64,000 nt of DNA, taken from contig DF237033.1 in NCBI GenBank assembly GCA_000708835.1, positions 159,051 through 223,050 of the forward strand, in the 5' to 3' direction. Positions 63,292 through 64,000 of the stretch are shown here, in pieces. The DNA is from Klebsormidium nitens (Eukaryota > Plantae > Klebsormidiophyceae). The stretch's first letter is position 1; each line of letters starts with the position of its first letter. The notes under the pieces were generated by a model, which saw nothing but the letters and a program-made list of their open reading frames with translations, was not told the DNA's origin and ran no database searches. The position numbers and the translations under genes were made by a program.

Positions 63292-63482
63292 CTTCAATTT
63301 AGGTAAAGTAAGCTTCAGGTAAAGTAAGCCAAGCAGTCTGGGATCGACGGGTGGGGTTAGTTTGGGGGTTAGGGTGTGGTTAGGGTGTGTTCGGGTGCGG
63401 AGCGGGTGATTTTGAGGGTTAGGTTTTTTACTTTTAGGCTGAGAGCTTACTTTACCTGGAGCTTACTTTACCTAAATTGAAG
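63292..63482. mobile_element. MITE-like element, GGGTGCGGAGCG-core family
   Basis: 38-bp inverted repeat with one mismatch, CTTCAATTTAGGTAAAGTAAGCT(T/C)CAGGTAAAGTAAGC (63292-63329 / 63445-63482). AGA immediately flanks both sides, and CATGGCCAATTG is repeated at 63274-63285 and 63486-63497. Confidence 0.75.
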
Positions 63483-64000
63483 AGACATGGCCAATTGCAT
63501 GAATGTCGGAACTTCACTTTTGACATGGGCATGGCATGGAATGACTTGTCTATTAAGGTATCTCAGGCTCAGCCAATATATCACAGTACCGAGTCTGGAC
63601 TCTGCAGGGCGGCCGCGCGCGGCGCCGCGCGCCGCGCAGAGCTTCATGTGATTGCGTCAATCATTGATGTTCAAGCGAGCTATGTATTCTCTAGAGAACA
63701 CCCCCCTCCGGCCACTGCCCACTCTCGGGGTTTAGGCGCCACGTGGCAGGGGCGATCGAGTTTCGGCGCACTAGCGCGCGCGGAGCGACGCGGCCAGCTT
63801 AAGGCCTGCGCGCTCAGCGGCAGCAAGTCGCCTGCGCAGCGGAATTTGTATGCGTAGCGTGCCTTTCAGGCCACAGCTCTCCGGAACCTAGTAGCTCTGA
63901 GCAAATGCACAAGTGTCCCATACCACTTGCTCTTAGCAGCTTTTAGGCTGCAATTACATATGCGAAGCTTTCATTCATCATCCATTCATTCAATCAATAC

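Noticed and set aside
63350-63425. GGGTTA/TTAGGG words as a telomere or interstitial telomeric array
   Set aside because: Irregular and non-tandem, and embedded in a dispersed inverted-repeat element.
63477-63857. 126-aa ORF at the window end
   Set aside because: It starts inside the element arm and runs through GC-rich promoter-like sequence (G-box GCCACGTGGC near 63738), with no coding signature.

Overview
This is eukaryotic, intron-rich nuclear DNA of roughly balanced GC content. The gene set (EDR2-like PH-START-DUF1336, chloroplast OEP21, SMP-type LEA, TAF11) points to a streptophyte alga or early-diverging plant lineage, plausibly Klebsormidium-like (inference). Hand splicing gives eight gene models: a SET/post-SET protein (-, 5' end unresolved), TAF11 (-), a small hypothetical protein (+), an SMP/LEA protein (-), an intronless helical-domain + 6xWD40 protein (+), an 18-exon EDR2-like gene spanning about 23.7 kb with a 9.3-kb intron (-), a GGCT-like protein (+) and OEP21 (+). 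There is also a TA-flanked Tc1/mariner-type MITE and a second small dispersed inverted-repeat family. The most striking unexplained structure is that introns next to many exons, in six of the seven spliced genes, contain tandem 'echo' copies of the adjacent exon-intron junction, splice site included. Units are mostly about 110-200 bp with a mode near 145-170 bp (about one nucleosome), and identity generally decays with distance from the true exon. No rRNA, tRNA or CRISPR array is supported. All coordinates, counts and alignments were done by eye.
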